From the NCBI GenBank assembly GCA_023399355.1, contig JAEWQC010000276.1, forward strand, positions 1,714 to 65,713: a stretch of 64,000 bases of DNA, written 5' to 3'. Of this stretch, positions 29,384 to 38,058 are shown in pieces; the stretch's first letter is position 1; every line of letters starts with the position of its first letter. Made by a program: the position numbers and the translations under genes. The stretch is from Bacillota bacterium. Lineage in GTDB: Bacteria; Bacillota; Clostridia; Acetivibrionales; DTU013. Under the pieces are notes generated by a model that saw nothing but the letters and a program-made list of their open reading frames with translations, was not told where the DNA came from and did no database searches.

Positions 29384-32092
29384 TTATGAAAAATCCGGCA
29401 GGGTCGAGTTTTCCTGAAGCATAACCAGAGAAGTCGGGACGGTTATCTCCCACTCTTCACCTGTAAGCATGTCAGGTTCAACTATATCTGCCTGGGCCTT
29501 CAGCTCTGCAGCAATAGAAACAAACAGCTCGTCATCCATGACAGGAGCCTCACCGCCAGCCCATATTTCAGCTGTATTCATGTAATGCAGTATAGCAGTT
29601 TCATACCCTTCCTTAACCGGTAGTATTACTCTGGCTGTTCCGGCCTGCAGAAATTTTTTGAAGATTGGATCAGGATCATTAAAGCATATATCCCTAATCC
29701 AGTTCTCACGTCTGCCCCAGAAATAAGGATAAAAAAGGTAGGTCATCTGCTCCCATTCATATGCTTGTTCAAAAAACTGTATCTCATTGCAGTTATTATT
29801 CAATGCCGGCTTGTCGATTTCCGGATATTTATCATCTACGCCTGAATCAACTTTTGAAGCCTCGGTCATAAAATTGTTGTTTAGAAGATCTCTGCGCAGA
29901 AGGTTGATGCAGGATTTTTTAAGTTCTAATTTTTCAATGCTTCTATTATCCACAGGATTATTGCCCTGGATTACGACAGTGTTTTCCAGCTCGATCCGGG
30001 CTTTAAGCTCGTTATAGTCCGCTTTGAGCTTCTTGTAAGCACTGATTATCGACTGATAAGTTTTGAGCTGCCACTCCGTGAATATGCTATCAATCCTCTT
30101 ACACTTGACCGTAACTGTTACGTACACATGCCAGCAGTTTACGCCATACAAAATGACGGGTATATTCCTGTCGATAACATTATCCATTGTTACAGTCCAG
30201 GAGCTGCTTTGATCAGAAACGCTGTGCTGACCAACCCATATGCTCCAATATGGAGTATCCCTTGTACGGTCATAAGGTCCTGATGGTGCGGCTGCTCCTT
30301 TAACCCGGAACTCTATGGCATTATATCCTTCGGGTACCTCTATTTTGCTTGTTATATTAACTTTGCGGTTGTCACCCAAATCTATTTCGTCCGTATTGTT
30401 CTTGCTGGGACAGGCCAGGATCACCGACGTTTCGACGAACTCTTCCGGAGGTATGGCTGCATCGGAAACTTCATACCTTTTTACATAACTGACATAGTTG
30501 TTCTGATCAAGTTCCAGAGGATCCAGTTTGTTTCCGCTGTTAACCGGACTCATAGGCAGGGTTGGCTCATCCATTTCCAACCCCTTTACCGGCTTGTTAC
30601 TCAAAGAGTGGATGTAAAAAGCTGCAGGCTCCGGGATGATGAATTCGTACATGAGGCGCTTGCCATAGTTTACTACCTGAGCTTTATAAAGCTTGTCAAG
30701 CCACCTATACATACCGATTACATGTCCGCTGCCGTTTTTATTATCAAAGCCGTGGGTATTGGTCTCCTCAACCTCTTCTAAGGTTTTCTGTGAACGTTCC
30801 TCCCTTACACGTTCACAGATTTTTGAGATCGATCGTGAAATGATTTCTTTTGAATAATTGCTTGATACTCTATCCGATTCTGTTTTGGATTCATTTAATG
30901 CAAAATTGGTATCTGCCTGTATTTGAACTGTGGGTCCATAGGAAGCGGAAACGCTTAAACCTGCGTCAAACTTGATGTCTTCACTAATCGTTTTCTCTGT
31001 TTCTTTCTGGAGCTCGAACCTCTCAGTGCTTTGCAGGTCTTTTTCAGTTTCGGTACTGGTTTCGGTCTCCGAAAAATAGGATTCTTCTGTCCTGTTTAAG
31101 CGTCTGTGTTTTCTTTCCCTGAATTCACTTTTCATAACATTCTCAACATGGGCTATCTCTCCCATTTTATATTTGACCAGTTTTTGTTTTACAACCTTCA
31201 GATCTCCGAAGCCTATAGGGTGCATATAGGGAGTAGAAGGAAATACCCCGTCACTGGACCGGTATTTCCGGTAGGAGGTATCTTTGATGATGCCGGGGAA
31301 AAATTCTTTAGGCACGAGAGGAGAAGCATTCACATATTGCTTTAAGCTGAAGGCTGAGATGATTTTTGAAACGGATTCAAGTATATTAAGAACCTTTAAT
31401 GTCATAATTACCTTTTCTCTAAGTTCAGGGTAGGAGGCTGAGTCTGCCGAGAGTGCATAAAGCAGTTCCCAAAGAAGGTTTCTCAAAGTGTTGTTGTACT
31501 CTCCTCCTTCAACCTTTTGATCAAACATTTCTATAAAGCCCTGTACAGAACTCTTTATGGTAACGGCACAAGGCCTTATGGTTATAATGGGTTTTGGCCT
31601 TATATCCATTGCTTTTTTCCTACCTCTAAAGAGTCTGATAATAAATAACAACAGGCTTGTAAAAAAAGATATATTTGCTGCATCAGGCTCAGGCCTTTGG
31701 GGTTGGTCTACTGGAGGGGTGTACAAATCGGGACTGATGATAGAGTTTATACCTTGAATGAATTTAGCCATATTAAAGCTGCCAAGCTGAGATTTGAAAA
31801 AGAGCCAGAGCTGTTCCACCTTGTAGTCTATTTCCGGATTTTCGGAAAATGCTGACCTGTCTTCGACAAATTGCTTTGAGATCCGCTTTGCTTCATATAA
31901 GTTCTCTTTTGATCCAATACTGTTGATAAGCTTTAGAATCTCCAACTGTTTTTTTTCATGTGTTATATCGCCTGAATATACACCGGGTTTTCTTGCAAAA
32001 AACCGGACCCCCTTCTCGAGCGTAGAAACCTTTTGGGGAGGGCGAATAGCCATAAATTTGAAGACATTGATCGGTTCTGTTCCACTGCTCAT
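29384..32092 (-). CDS. Large hypothetical protein, first gene of a two-gene operon
   Basis: 902 aa uninterrupted ORF. One hydrophobic stretch (FFTSLLLFIIRLF), a charged Glu/Thr/Lys-rich region, and blocks HVIGMYRWLDKLYKAQVVNYGKRLMYEFIIPEPAAFY and YLFYPYFWGRRENW. No Walker A, HExxH or nuclease motif spotted by eye. Confidence 0.65.
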   Translation of the reverse strand: MSSGTEPINVFKFMAIRPPQKVSTLEKGVRFFARKPGVYSGDITHEKKQLEILKLINSIGSKENLYEAKRISKQFVEDRSAFSENPEIDYKVEQLWLFFKSQLGSFNMAKFIQGINSIISPDLYTPPVDQPQRPEPDAANISFFTSLLLFIIRLFRGRKKAMDIRPKPIITIRPCAVTIKSSVQGFIEMFDQKVEGGEYNNTLRNLLWELLYALSADSASYPELREKVIMTLKVLNILESVSKIISAFSLKQYVNASPLVPKEFFPGIIKDTSYRKYRSSDGVFPSTPYMHPIGFGDLKVVKQKLVKYKMGEIAHVENVMKSEFRERKHRRLNRTEESYFSETETSTETEKDLQSTERFELQKETEKTISEDIKFDAGLSVSASYGPTVQIQADTNFALNESKTESDRVSSNYSKEIISRSISKICERVREERSQKTLEEVEETNTHGFDNKNGSGHVIGMYRWLDKLYKAQVVNYGKRLMYEFIIPEPAAFYIHSLSNKPVKGLEMDEPTLPMSPVNSGNKLDPLELDQNNYVSYVKRYEVSDAAIPPEEFVETSVILACPSKNNTDEIDLGDNRKVNITSKIEVPEGYNAIEFRVKGAAAPSGPYDRTRDTPYWSIWVGQHSVSDQSSSWTVTMDNVIDRNIPVILYGVNCWHVYVTVTVKCKRIDSIFTEWQLKTYQSIISAYKKLKADYNELKARIELENTVVIQGNNPVDNRSIEKLELKKSCINLLRRDLLNNNFMTEASKVDSGVDDKYPEIDKPALNNNCNEIQFFEQAYEWEQMTYLFYPYFWGRRENWIRDICFNDPDPIFKKFLQAGTARVILPVKEGYETAILHYMNTAEIWAGGEAPVMDDELFVSIAAELKAQADIVEPDMLTGEEWEITVPTSLVMLQENSTLPDFS

Positions 32093-32206
32093 ACTCTCAT
32101 TCCTTTCATTGAGTCATTTTTACTGATAATAATTCTTCATTTTATGGTATAATCCTTTAATTATATTAATAATTATGTAATTTTGTATTCTAAATGGTAA
32201 AACTCC

Positions 32207-32236
32207 GATCATTTTGTTGACCTCAGCAAAATGATC
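32207..32236. repeat. Hairpin motif copy A (GATCATTTTGTTGACCTCAGCAAAATGATC)
   Basis: Perfect 10-bp inverted arms. 24 of the 25 nt ATCATTTTGTTGACCTCA(G/A)CAAAAT recur at 32502-32525. Confidence 0.8.
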
Positions 32237-32401
32237 AGAGTTTTTAGTCAAATTCCACCGTTATGATTTTGGGCAAAGCTAAAGGACTTGACTTTATGTT
32301 GCAATTACTCACGCATATTTAAGCGTAAGAATTGTAGTTGAGGATAATTTTAATAAAACTATCCCTGGAAAAACACTGTGAGCGAGTTAAATAAGAAAAT
32401 A

Positions 32402-32436
32402 AAAATCCTTAGAACCACTAGAATTCCAAGGATTTC
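32402..32436 (-). terminator. Intrinsic terminator following the tRNA 3' fragment
   Basis: Minus strand: AAAUCCUUGGAA-UUCUAGUGG-UUCUAAGGAUUU followed by a U-run. Homologous to the terminator at 24252-24287. Confidence 0.55.
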
Positions 32437-32440
32437 ATTT

Positions 32441-32482
32441 CATTGGAGCTGGTGAAAGGAATCGAACCTTCAACCTGCGGTT
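32441..32482 (-). repeat. 42-bp direct repeat copy 1: displaced tRNA-Thr-like 3' end (att-like scar)
   Basis: CATTGGAGCTGGTGAAAGGAATCGAACCTTCAACCTGCGGTT is identical to 34125-34166. On the minus strand it corresponds to the variable loop, T-arm, 3' acceptor strand and CCA of a tRNA. Confidence 0.85.
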
Positions 32483-32501
32483 GTTCGTAAGGTAGTATAT
32501 T

Positions 32502-32525
32502 ATCATTTTGTTGACCTCAACAAAA
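32502..32525. repeat. Hairpin motif copy B (ATCATTTTGTTGACCTCAACAAAAT)
   Basis: 9-bp stem ATTTTGTTG/CAACAAAAT with loop ACCT. Copy of the motif at 32207. Lies immediately inside the mini-island, next to the tRNA fragment. Confidence 0.75.
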
Positions 32526-32569
32526 TATTTAGGAATTCTGCAAGTGGTACCTGCAGTTTTATCCTACTT

Positions 32570-32848
32570 TTAAGGCTTTTCGGAAGGAACGACGGCCAGT
32601 GTGTACCCTAATGGCTGCAGGATTTTGAATAATGTATCTATCTGAGGCGTTGCTTTCATGCTTTCCAGCCGGGCAATAGCAGGCTGCTTTAAGCCGGCAA
32701 GATCAGCAAGTTCCTTTTGGGACAATCCCTTGGATTCTCTGGCCTCAATCAGTTTCCCAATCAGCGCCACCTCAAAATCAATCTTGGCTTTCTGTGTTGG
32801 GCCAATGAATTTAGGGTCATTCCAAAGCTTATTAAAATTAGTTCCCAT
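32570..32848 (-). CDS. XRE-family HTH antitoxin (HigA-like)
   Basis: 92 aa. HTH block GLSQKELADLAGLKQPAIARLE. Its start lies 2 nt after the upstream toxin stop. Confidence 0.8.
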   Translation of the reverse strand: MGTNFNKLWNDPKFIGPTQKAKIDFEVALIGKLIEARESKGLSQKELADLAGLKQPAIARLESMKATPQIDTLFKILQPLGYTLAVVPSEKP

Positions 32849-32850
32849 AT

Positions 32851-33210
32851 CTATTTGCTCCTTTCAAGGTGGTCAGCTAAATTCCTTTTGGCCTGTTCAA
32901 TCTCTCTGTGCGGAGTCTTTTTTGTTTTCTTCAGAAAATGATGAAGCAATATAAAAGTGTTATCTCTGAAGTAGAAGAAGAATATCCTGTCATCCAAAGG
33001 GCGTAACTCCCAGATATTATCTTCGATGTGTTTGACATAAGGTTCACCGGCTCTTGTTCCGTATTCCTGCAGCACTCTGATGTAGATCAGAATTTTTTCG
33101 CTGCGGATGCGGTCATTTTTACTTGTTTGCCCTTTTGCCTGCAAGTCTACAATGAAGTCCTTAATGGGTTCGTTGCCGCTTCGGTCTTCATAAAATTCAA
33201 CTTCAAACAT
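32851..33210 (-). CDS. RelE/HigB-type toxin (Gp49-like, DUF891)
   Basis: 119 aa. Blocks MFEVEFYEDRSGNEPIKDF, IWELRP and RIFFFYFRDNTFILLHHFLKKTKKTP are typical of phage Gp49-like HigB toxins. The gene order is toxin then antitoxin. Confidence 0.8.
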   Translation of the reverse strand: MFEVEFYEDRSGNEPIKDFIVDLQAKGQTSKNDRIRSEKILIYIRVLQEYGTRAGEPYVKHIEDNIWELRPLDDRIFFFYFRDNTFILLHHFLKKTKKTPHREIEQAKRNLADHLERSK

Positions 33211-33258
33211 TCTTTAGTGTTCCCCTCTGCCTGTAATATTATAATAACATATTCGTTA

Positions 33259-33778
33259 TTAAGTTACAATAACAAATTTGTTATAAAAGGCATAGAACTC
33301 CCGCGTCAGATTGCTGTTTTTATCATAATCATAGCTGCATTGTTCGAAAACGTCAGCAATCTTCTGGTAAGCTCTCCGCTCACTGGCTCGAATCTCACGG
33401 ATACGTTCCAGCAATTCATCGAAGTAATCCTTGCCAAAAGGATGACCATTTTTAAGTAGTTCATCATTCAAAATAAAGCCTTTTTGAATATATTCATGCA
33501 GAGTTTTTGTCGCCTACTGGCGGAATCTTGTGGCTTTTCATTGAATTAACACGATACCCAACAGCGATAATTGCATCAAGGTTAAAGAAATCTATTAATC
33601 TTGAAACCTCACGGTTACCTTCAATTTGAACTTGTGCAAATTTTGCACAAGTTGAATTCTTGTCTAATTCTTCCTCCTCATAGATATTGGAAAGATGCTT
33701 TGCTATAACACTCCGCTCAGTTTCAAACAGATCCGCTTTATATAGAGCAATTATTTTCTCTGTGTTTTTCATGAGCAC
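33259..33778 (-). pseudogene. RhuM-family (virulence protein RhuM-like) pseudogene
   Basis: The two track ORFs (33494-33778 and 33259-33471) match consecutive RhuM blocks (DRSVIAKHLSNIYEEEELD, NLDAIIAVGYRVNS, then NDELLKNGHPFGKDYFDELLERIREIRASERR). My re-translation between them gives ATRFRQ*ATKTLHEYIQKGF, a TAG at the conserved Trp of FRxWAT plus a frameshift. The 3' part of the gene is missing. Confidence 0.7.
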
Positions 33779-33801
33779 ACCTCACCAAAATAATATAACA
33801 T

Positions 33802-33987
33802 TTATCGTTGTGTTTTTTTCGCTTTCTTAGTTCGCCCATCTATCGGTTTTTCCGCATCCTTCGGAATAGCCCAAACATGACCGAGGCGATAGGCTCCGGG
33901 GATACGGCCTTTATCGCAGAGCACTTCGACCATGCGCTGTGTAAGGCCCCATTCTAATGCTTTATCCTTCGGGGTAACATAATCCAT
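33802..33987 (-). CDS. Small helix-turn-helix DNA-binding protein (excisionase/MerR-like)
   Basis: 61 aa. KALEWGLTQRMVEVLCDKGRIPGAYRLGHVWAIP is typical of HTH_17-type small DNA-binding proteins found on mobile elements. Confidence 0.55.
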   Translation of the reverse strand: MDYVTPKDKALEWGLTQRMVEVLCDKGRIPGAYRLGHVWAIPKDAEKPIDGRTKKAKKTQR

Positions 33988-34088
33988 GGCAAAAAACTCC
34001 TGTCAAAGTATGTCAAAATTATCATATATCTCTCAAACGAATAATACAAGCTGGATTCACCTAATTAGTGGATAATAAAATGAGCAGT

Positions 34089-34118
34089 AAAAAAACGTGC
34101 AGTCATTGAAACTACACG
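34089..34118 (-). terminator. Intrinsic terminator after the tRNA-Thr-like gene
   Basis: Minus strand: CGUGUAGU-UUCAAUG-ACUGCACG followed by UUUUUUU. Confidence 0.5.
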
Positions 34119-34127
34119 CCTTTCCAT

Positions 34128-34197
34128 TGGAGCTGGTGAAAGGAATCGAACCTTCAACCTGCGGTTTACGATACTGCTGCTCAGCCTTTGAGCCACA
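34128..34197 (-). pseudogene. tRNA-Thr(CGU)-like gene lacking a pairing 5' acceptor strand
   Basis: The minus strand shows D-arm GCUC-AAAGGCU-GAGC, anticodon loop AUCGUAA (CGU), T-arm GAAGG-UUCGAUU-CCUUU and 3' CACCAGC-U-CCA. The 5' strand reads UGCAGUG where GCUGGUG is required, so only 3 of 7 acceptor pairs form. Confidence 0.55.
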
Positions 34198-34296
34198 CTG
34201 CATCTACATATGAGGGCGGGACATCCGACTTCGACTTTATTATAATAAAACTGCTATGAAATTCAGCCTACTTTATTAACAACCCCCGGCCTCTGT

Positions 34297-35718
34297 TTAT
34301 GCACACAGTTCGGACAGTTTTGCGTGTGGATCTTCCAGCACTGCTGCAATCACCGATAGAAAAAATTCATATATCTGTTCAACTTCCGGCTTTTGCATAA
34401 TATCCAGCCGATAGATAAATTGAAATACAAGTTTTTCCTTGTTCACCTGCCTGATCCGCAGTAACAAATGAACTATTTCTTCTTTCTTTCGTGCGAAGAG
34501 CAACTCTTCGTCCGCATTATAATTATCAAAAGATACTATGGTGTTGATGAAAAAGAACCTGCCGTCCGGACTGAGACCTTTATTCTGATCTCTCCCGGCA
34601 TTTTCCTGCTCCCTCCCGACTTCCTCCTGATCTCCTCGAGCTTTTTCCCGATCACTCCCGGCGTCCTCCGGTTTTAAAAAACCGAGTTTGATCACCTCTT
34701 CACGCATCAATCCGGCGTTAAAACTTTTATTCCTGATTGCCGATTTCCACTCATTCATGACCAGTTTCAACAAGTCCATGAAACAAAGATCCTGATTCAT
34801 CCGGACCCTGATGGGGAGTAGGCTTGGAAAGCATCCAATCATCTGCTGTTCTTCGGGAGTTACCCTGTTGTGGAAAAAGGTAGAAGTCAGTACATCGTTG
34901 CTGGAATTTGCTTTCGACAGATAGAGAAGCATCAATGCCATGCAGAAAGCAAGAACGGTAATGTGCTGCTGTTTAAAGAAATCCTCCAGTCTTTCACGTA
35001 AATAAAAAGGAAGGATAAATTCAGTACTTGCACAGAGCAGGCAATCCGTGGACACCGTGCCCGGTTTAGGATCACAGGAACCAAAAGGAGGCGCCAGTTT
35101 TTTCATCCAGTACCCTATGCTGTCCCACATCTTTCCCACCTCTGAATCCTCCTGCTGTTTTTGCGCATATTGAAAAAATGATGGTTTTTCTGCTAACTCT
35201 GTGTGTGTTTTGTTCAAAAGGATCTTGTATTCTTCCTCCAATTCCTGCCTGACTAAATTGAAAGACCATCCATCTGAAATCACATGGTTCAATTTCACAA
35301 AACACGCACTGGATTTATGCAAATCCAATATTTTGAATTGAAACAGTTCACAGTTAAATAATTTCATTGGTTTCTCATTTTCGCTGTCCAGCCAATCCTC
35401 TAAAAATGGCGTACCCTTTACCGGACCCAAATCGCATACCTCTATGTCTTTTTTTTCGCAATCGCATAAATACTGAACCACTTCATTGTCATTCCGGGTC
35501 AGCCGGATACGCAGCCCGTCATTTTTTACAATCACGCGATGAATGGCATCCTTTAGCAGATTAGTATCCATTCTGCCGTCAAAAAAAATGATGCAGCTCA
35601 AATTCATACAATTCTCATCCATATGTTCGAGCATACTGCACATTCCGTTCTGGACCAGTGTCAAGCCGCAATATTCCATAAAAACGTACCCTCCCCATCC
35701 TGCCTGCCTATCTTCCAT
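34297..35718 (-). CDS. Stand-alone condensation (C) domain protein
   Basis: 473 aa. Active-site variant NHVISDGWS (HHxxxDG) at the expected distance from the N-terminus. The start is uncertain; the ATG at 35679 is an alternative. Confidence 0.7.
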   Translation of the reverse strand: MEDRQAGWGGYVFMEYCGLTLVQNGMCSMLEHMDENCMNLSCIIFFDGRMDTNLLKDAIHRVIVKNDGLRIRLTRNDNEVVQYLCDCEKKDIEVCDLGPVKGTPFLEDWLDSENEKPMKLFNCELFQFKILDLHKSSACFVKLNHVISDGWSFNLVRQELEEEYKILLNKTHTELAEKPSFFQYAQKQQEDSEVGKMWDSIGYWMKKLAPPFGSCDPKPGTVSTDCLLCASTEFILPFYLRERLEDFFKQQHITVLAFCMALMLLYLSKANSSNDVLTSTFFHNRVTPEEQQMIGCFPSLLPIRVRMNQDLCFMDLLKLVMNEWKSAIRNKSFNAGLMREEVIKLGFLKPEDAGSDREKARGDQEEVGREQENAGRDQNKGLSPDGRFFFINTIVSFDNYNADEELLFARKKEEIVHLLLRIRQVNKEKLVFQFIYRLDIMQKPEVEQIYEFFLSVIAAVLEDPHAKLSELCA

Positions 35719-36880
35719 GAAGATACAAAAGAATACATTTCGGGCATATCGGCATTAAGCCCTGGTCTATAATCAGCCTTGCCTTTTTATACTGCTCGCT
35801 GTTCCACAAATCGCCTACGCTGAGTTCTCTCAAATCTCCAATCGTAAACTCCGGGAACATTTTACATACTGTCACCGTTCCGTCTGCATTCACATTCATA
35901 CGATTTGAGGCTGCAAGACATGATTTTCTGTTCTGTCCGGTCTTTGCCCCTCCAGTAATAAAGTTCTCGACCTCATCCATCTCCAGGGCGGGTTGATACC
36001 TGACCCGAATTTTCCAGGTCTTTGCGTTGATTTTATCCAGATCTTTTTTCAATAAATCGATCCTTTCATGCTTAAGATTGTAAGTATACGAATGCCAGCT
36101 TTTTTTCCTGTTCTTGTCGTAACCGGGCAGCCAATTGAATTTGTCCTCAAAGAATTCATCCATTTTCAGGCATGAATCTTCCGGGATATACCATGGAAAG
36201 CAGAAATATACCGTGTTGACGCCTTTTTCTTCGAAATACGTCAAATAGTCAAAAAGCTTGCCGACCATACTGTCTGTAATTACGCAGTTTACAGATACTT
36301 CCCCCCTAAAGGCGCCTTTTGCCTTACAGTCCAACAATGTATCTATTCCTCTTATGACTTTTTTATAGGTACCCCTTCCCCGGATAAAATCATTCTCCTG
36401 TTCAAATCCGTCAAGACTGACCAGAACCGCAAGACTCCCGGATATTTTCAGAAGGGACTCCAGATTGTCCTCCATCCCTGTCGCATTGGTGCAAAGCACA
36501 GTCCATCTGGGGTCTTCCGCCAAAAGATCGCAGAATCCGTCCCAGTGTTCATAACAAAGCGGCTCTCCTCCCCATATGTACAAATTCGATTTTACATCCT
36601 TTGTTTCGGAAAATATTTTCTCAATAATTCCAAAGTCCAGATCCATTTTTTGCACACAGGAATCCATATTATTGTGATGTCCGTCCTCACTCCACTGATA
36701 ACAGTGTTTGCACCTGAGATTGCACCTGTTGGTAAGCTGAAGCCCGATCTCCTCCGGAAGTCCGGTCGCGAAATCCGGCTTTGACTGTCTCTCCCGTGAT
36801 GCAAGTGACATGTTTCGGATCGTTCTTTTAATTCGTTCAAAGGATTTCTCGTCAAATTCAACGTTTGTTTTAGGCTGCAT
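35708..36880 (-). CDS. Radical SAM protein with C-terminal SPASM/twitch-like Cys cluster
   Basis: 390 aa. CNLRCKHCY (CxxxCxxC) and GGEPL, plus C-terminal CLAASNRMNVNADGTVTVC ... CPKC. Confidence 0.8.
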   Translation of the reverse strand: MQPKTNVEFDEKSFERIKRTIRNMSLASRERQSKPDFATGLPEEIGLQLTNRCNLRCKHCYQWSEDGHHNNMDSCVQKMDLDFGIIEKIFSETKDVKSNLYIWGGEPLCYEHWDGFCDLLAEDPRWTVLCTNATGMEDNLESLLKISGSLAVLVSLDGFEQENDFIRGRGTYKKVIRGIDTLLDCKAKGAFRGEVSVNCVITDSMVGKLFDYLTYFEEKGVNTVYFCFPWYIPEDSCLKMDEFFEDKFNWLPGYDKNRKKSWHSYTYNLKHERIDLLKKDLDKINAKTWKIRVRYQPALEMDEVENFITGGAKTGQNRKSCLAASNRMNVNADGTVTVCKMFPEFTIGDLRELSVGDLWNSEQYKKARLIIDQGLMPICPKCILLYLHGR

Positions 36881-36936
36881 GATCTTCTTCCTCCTCCTGC
36901 TATTTTCTAAAATCTTGGGATAACTGCGCTGATATG

Positions 36937-38058
36937 CTACGCATCACGTTTCATTACCACATCAGGATAGTCAATGGTCGAGCTCCTGTTCATCAGGTTC
37001 CGGTGAAGCCTTTCCAGAATGTCCATGGAAAATCCCGATGTTTTCCAATTTTCATAGGAGATGCCAAATCCCAGGTGTTCCCATATCTTTGCATTTTTAT
37101 CTTCCGCTTCTCCGAAAGGGTCCAGTGTAATAATAGGCGTGGCAGACGCAAGCGAATCGAGTAGTGTGCCACCGCCGGGTTTACTGATGATTGCCTTTGC
37201 TTCTCTGATCGTATCGAATAATTCATGACAGCATTCCTTGTTTTTATAGATGGTTTTTTCTCCAGCCCTGATTTCAGCCATAGGCGGAAATTCATGACAG
37301 CCGTTTCCGTTTTTCATCCATGGGTTCCAGGCCGGATCTATCATGTAATACCTGTGCTCCGTCCCGGCCTCCACCTCTTCAGGAAAGTATGCAACAATAT
37401 CCAGCTTGCATCCCGCCCTGTCAAGTTCGGATAATTTACTTTTATAGGTACCCATGCCCCATCCCCCGCCATGTACAACAAACCGGTCCTTTCGCCGCTC
37501 ATATTCTATCGGCTTTTGATCCGTTACCGGTATTTCATAGCATAGCCGCCTTTCATTCCAGTTCCATAGCCATATCTGTCCATAATTGCTGCATATATCG
37601 GTGAAATGACTCAGAGACTGGCAAATATCGGCATCAATGTTCAGGACATCCACTTCAATAGGAAAGCCGCTCTTTTCCCTGTACATCTCCAACAAGGGAA
37701 CCCAATAACCCGAGAAAATGATAAAGCGCCTTCTGCCGGACTGTTCCCACAAGCCGAACAACTCAGCCACCAGGGATTCATCCAGAGTGGAAGACATATC
37801 TTTGGTCATTTTCCGCCCCTTCAGTGCCAGTCTGAAATTGTCATGAAAAGCCTTCTTGTTGTCCAGAATTTTAGCCTTTTTTTCTTCTGAAATCAGATTT
37901 TCAATCACTGCGACATCCGTATTCACCTTTCTTTTTTTTAATTGGTATTCCAATATCAATGCAGGTATGTAAACACCAAGAGCAACACCTGAAGCAAGTA
38001 TTGTTACTGTTTGATCCTCCATTTTGCCACATCCCCCGTTAATATATTTTAAATCCAA
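36937..38058 (-). CDS. GT28-family glycosyltransferase (MGDG synthase / UgtP-like)
   Basis: 373 aa. N-terminal ILASGVALGVYIPAL and C-terminal AKAIISKPGGGTLLDSLASATPII are typical of diacylglycerol glycosyltransferases. The ATG at 38022 is an alternative start. Confidence 0.65.
   Translation of the reverse strand: MDLKYINGGCGKMEDQTVTILASGVALGVYIPALILEYQLKKRKVNTDVAVIENLISEEKKAKILDNKKAFHDNFRLALKGRKMTKDMSSTLDESLVAELFGLWEQSGRRRFIIFSGYWVPLLEMYREKSGFPIEVDVLNIDADICQSLSHFTDICSNYGQIWLWNWNERRLCYEIPVTDQKPIEYERRKDRFVVHGGGWGMGTYKSKLSELDRAGCKLDIVAYFPEEVEAGTEHRYYMIDPAWNPWMKNGNGCHEFPPMAEIRAGEKTIYKNKECCHELFDTIREAKAIISKPGGGTLLDSLASATPIITLDPFGEAEDKNAKIWEHLGFGISYENWKTSGFSMDILERLHRNLMNRSSTIDYPDVVMKRDA

Larger units (their letters stand above)
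32441..34166 (-). mobile_element. Decayed integrative-element remnant bracketed by 42-bp tRNA-derived direct repeats
   Basis: The direct repeats flank a HigB/HigA-like pair, a RhuM-family pseudogene and a small HTH (excisionase-like) gene. No integrase gene is present. Confidence 0.5.

Noticed and set aside
29384-32092. Similarity of the 902-aa protein to Tc-toxin A subunits or phage structural proteins
   Set aside because: This is only a vague memory of aromatic-rich blocks like YPYFW. I cannot support any specific family without a profile search, so no homology is claimed.
34128-34197. Functional tRNA-Thr(CGU) gene
   Set aside because: The D, anticodon and T arms and CCA are present. However, the 5' acceptor strand (UGCAGUG) pairs with only 3 of 7 positions of the 3' strand (CACCAGC). 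It is called a damaged tRNA-like pseudogene pending tRNAscan-SE.
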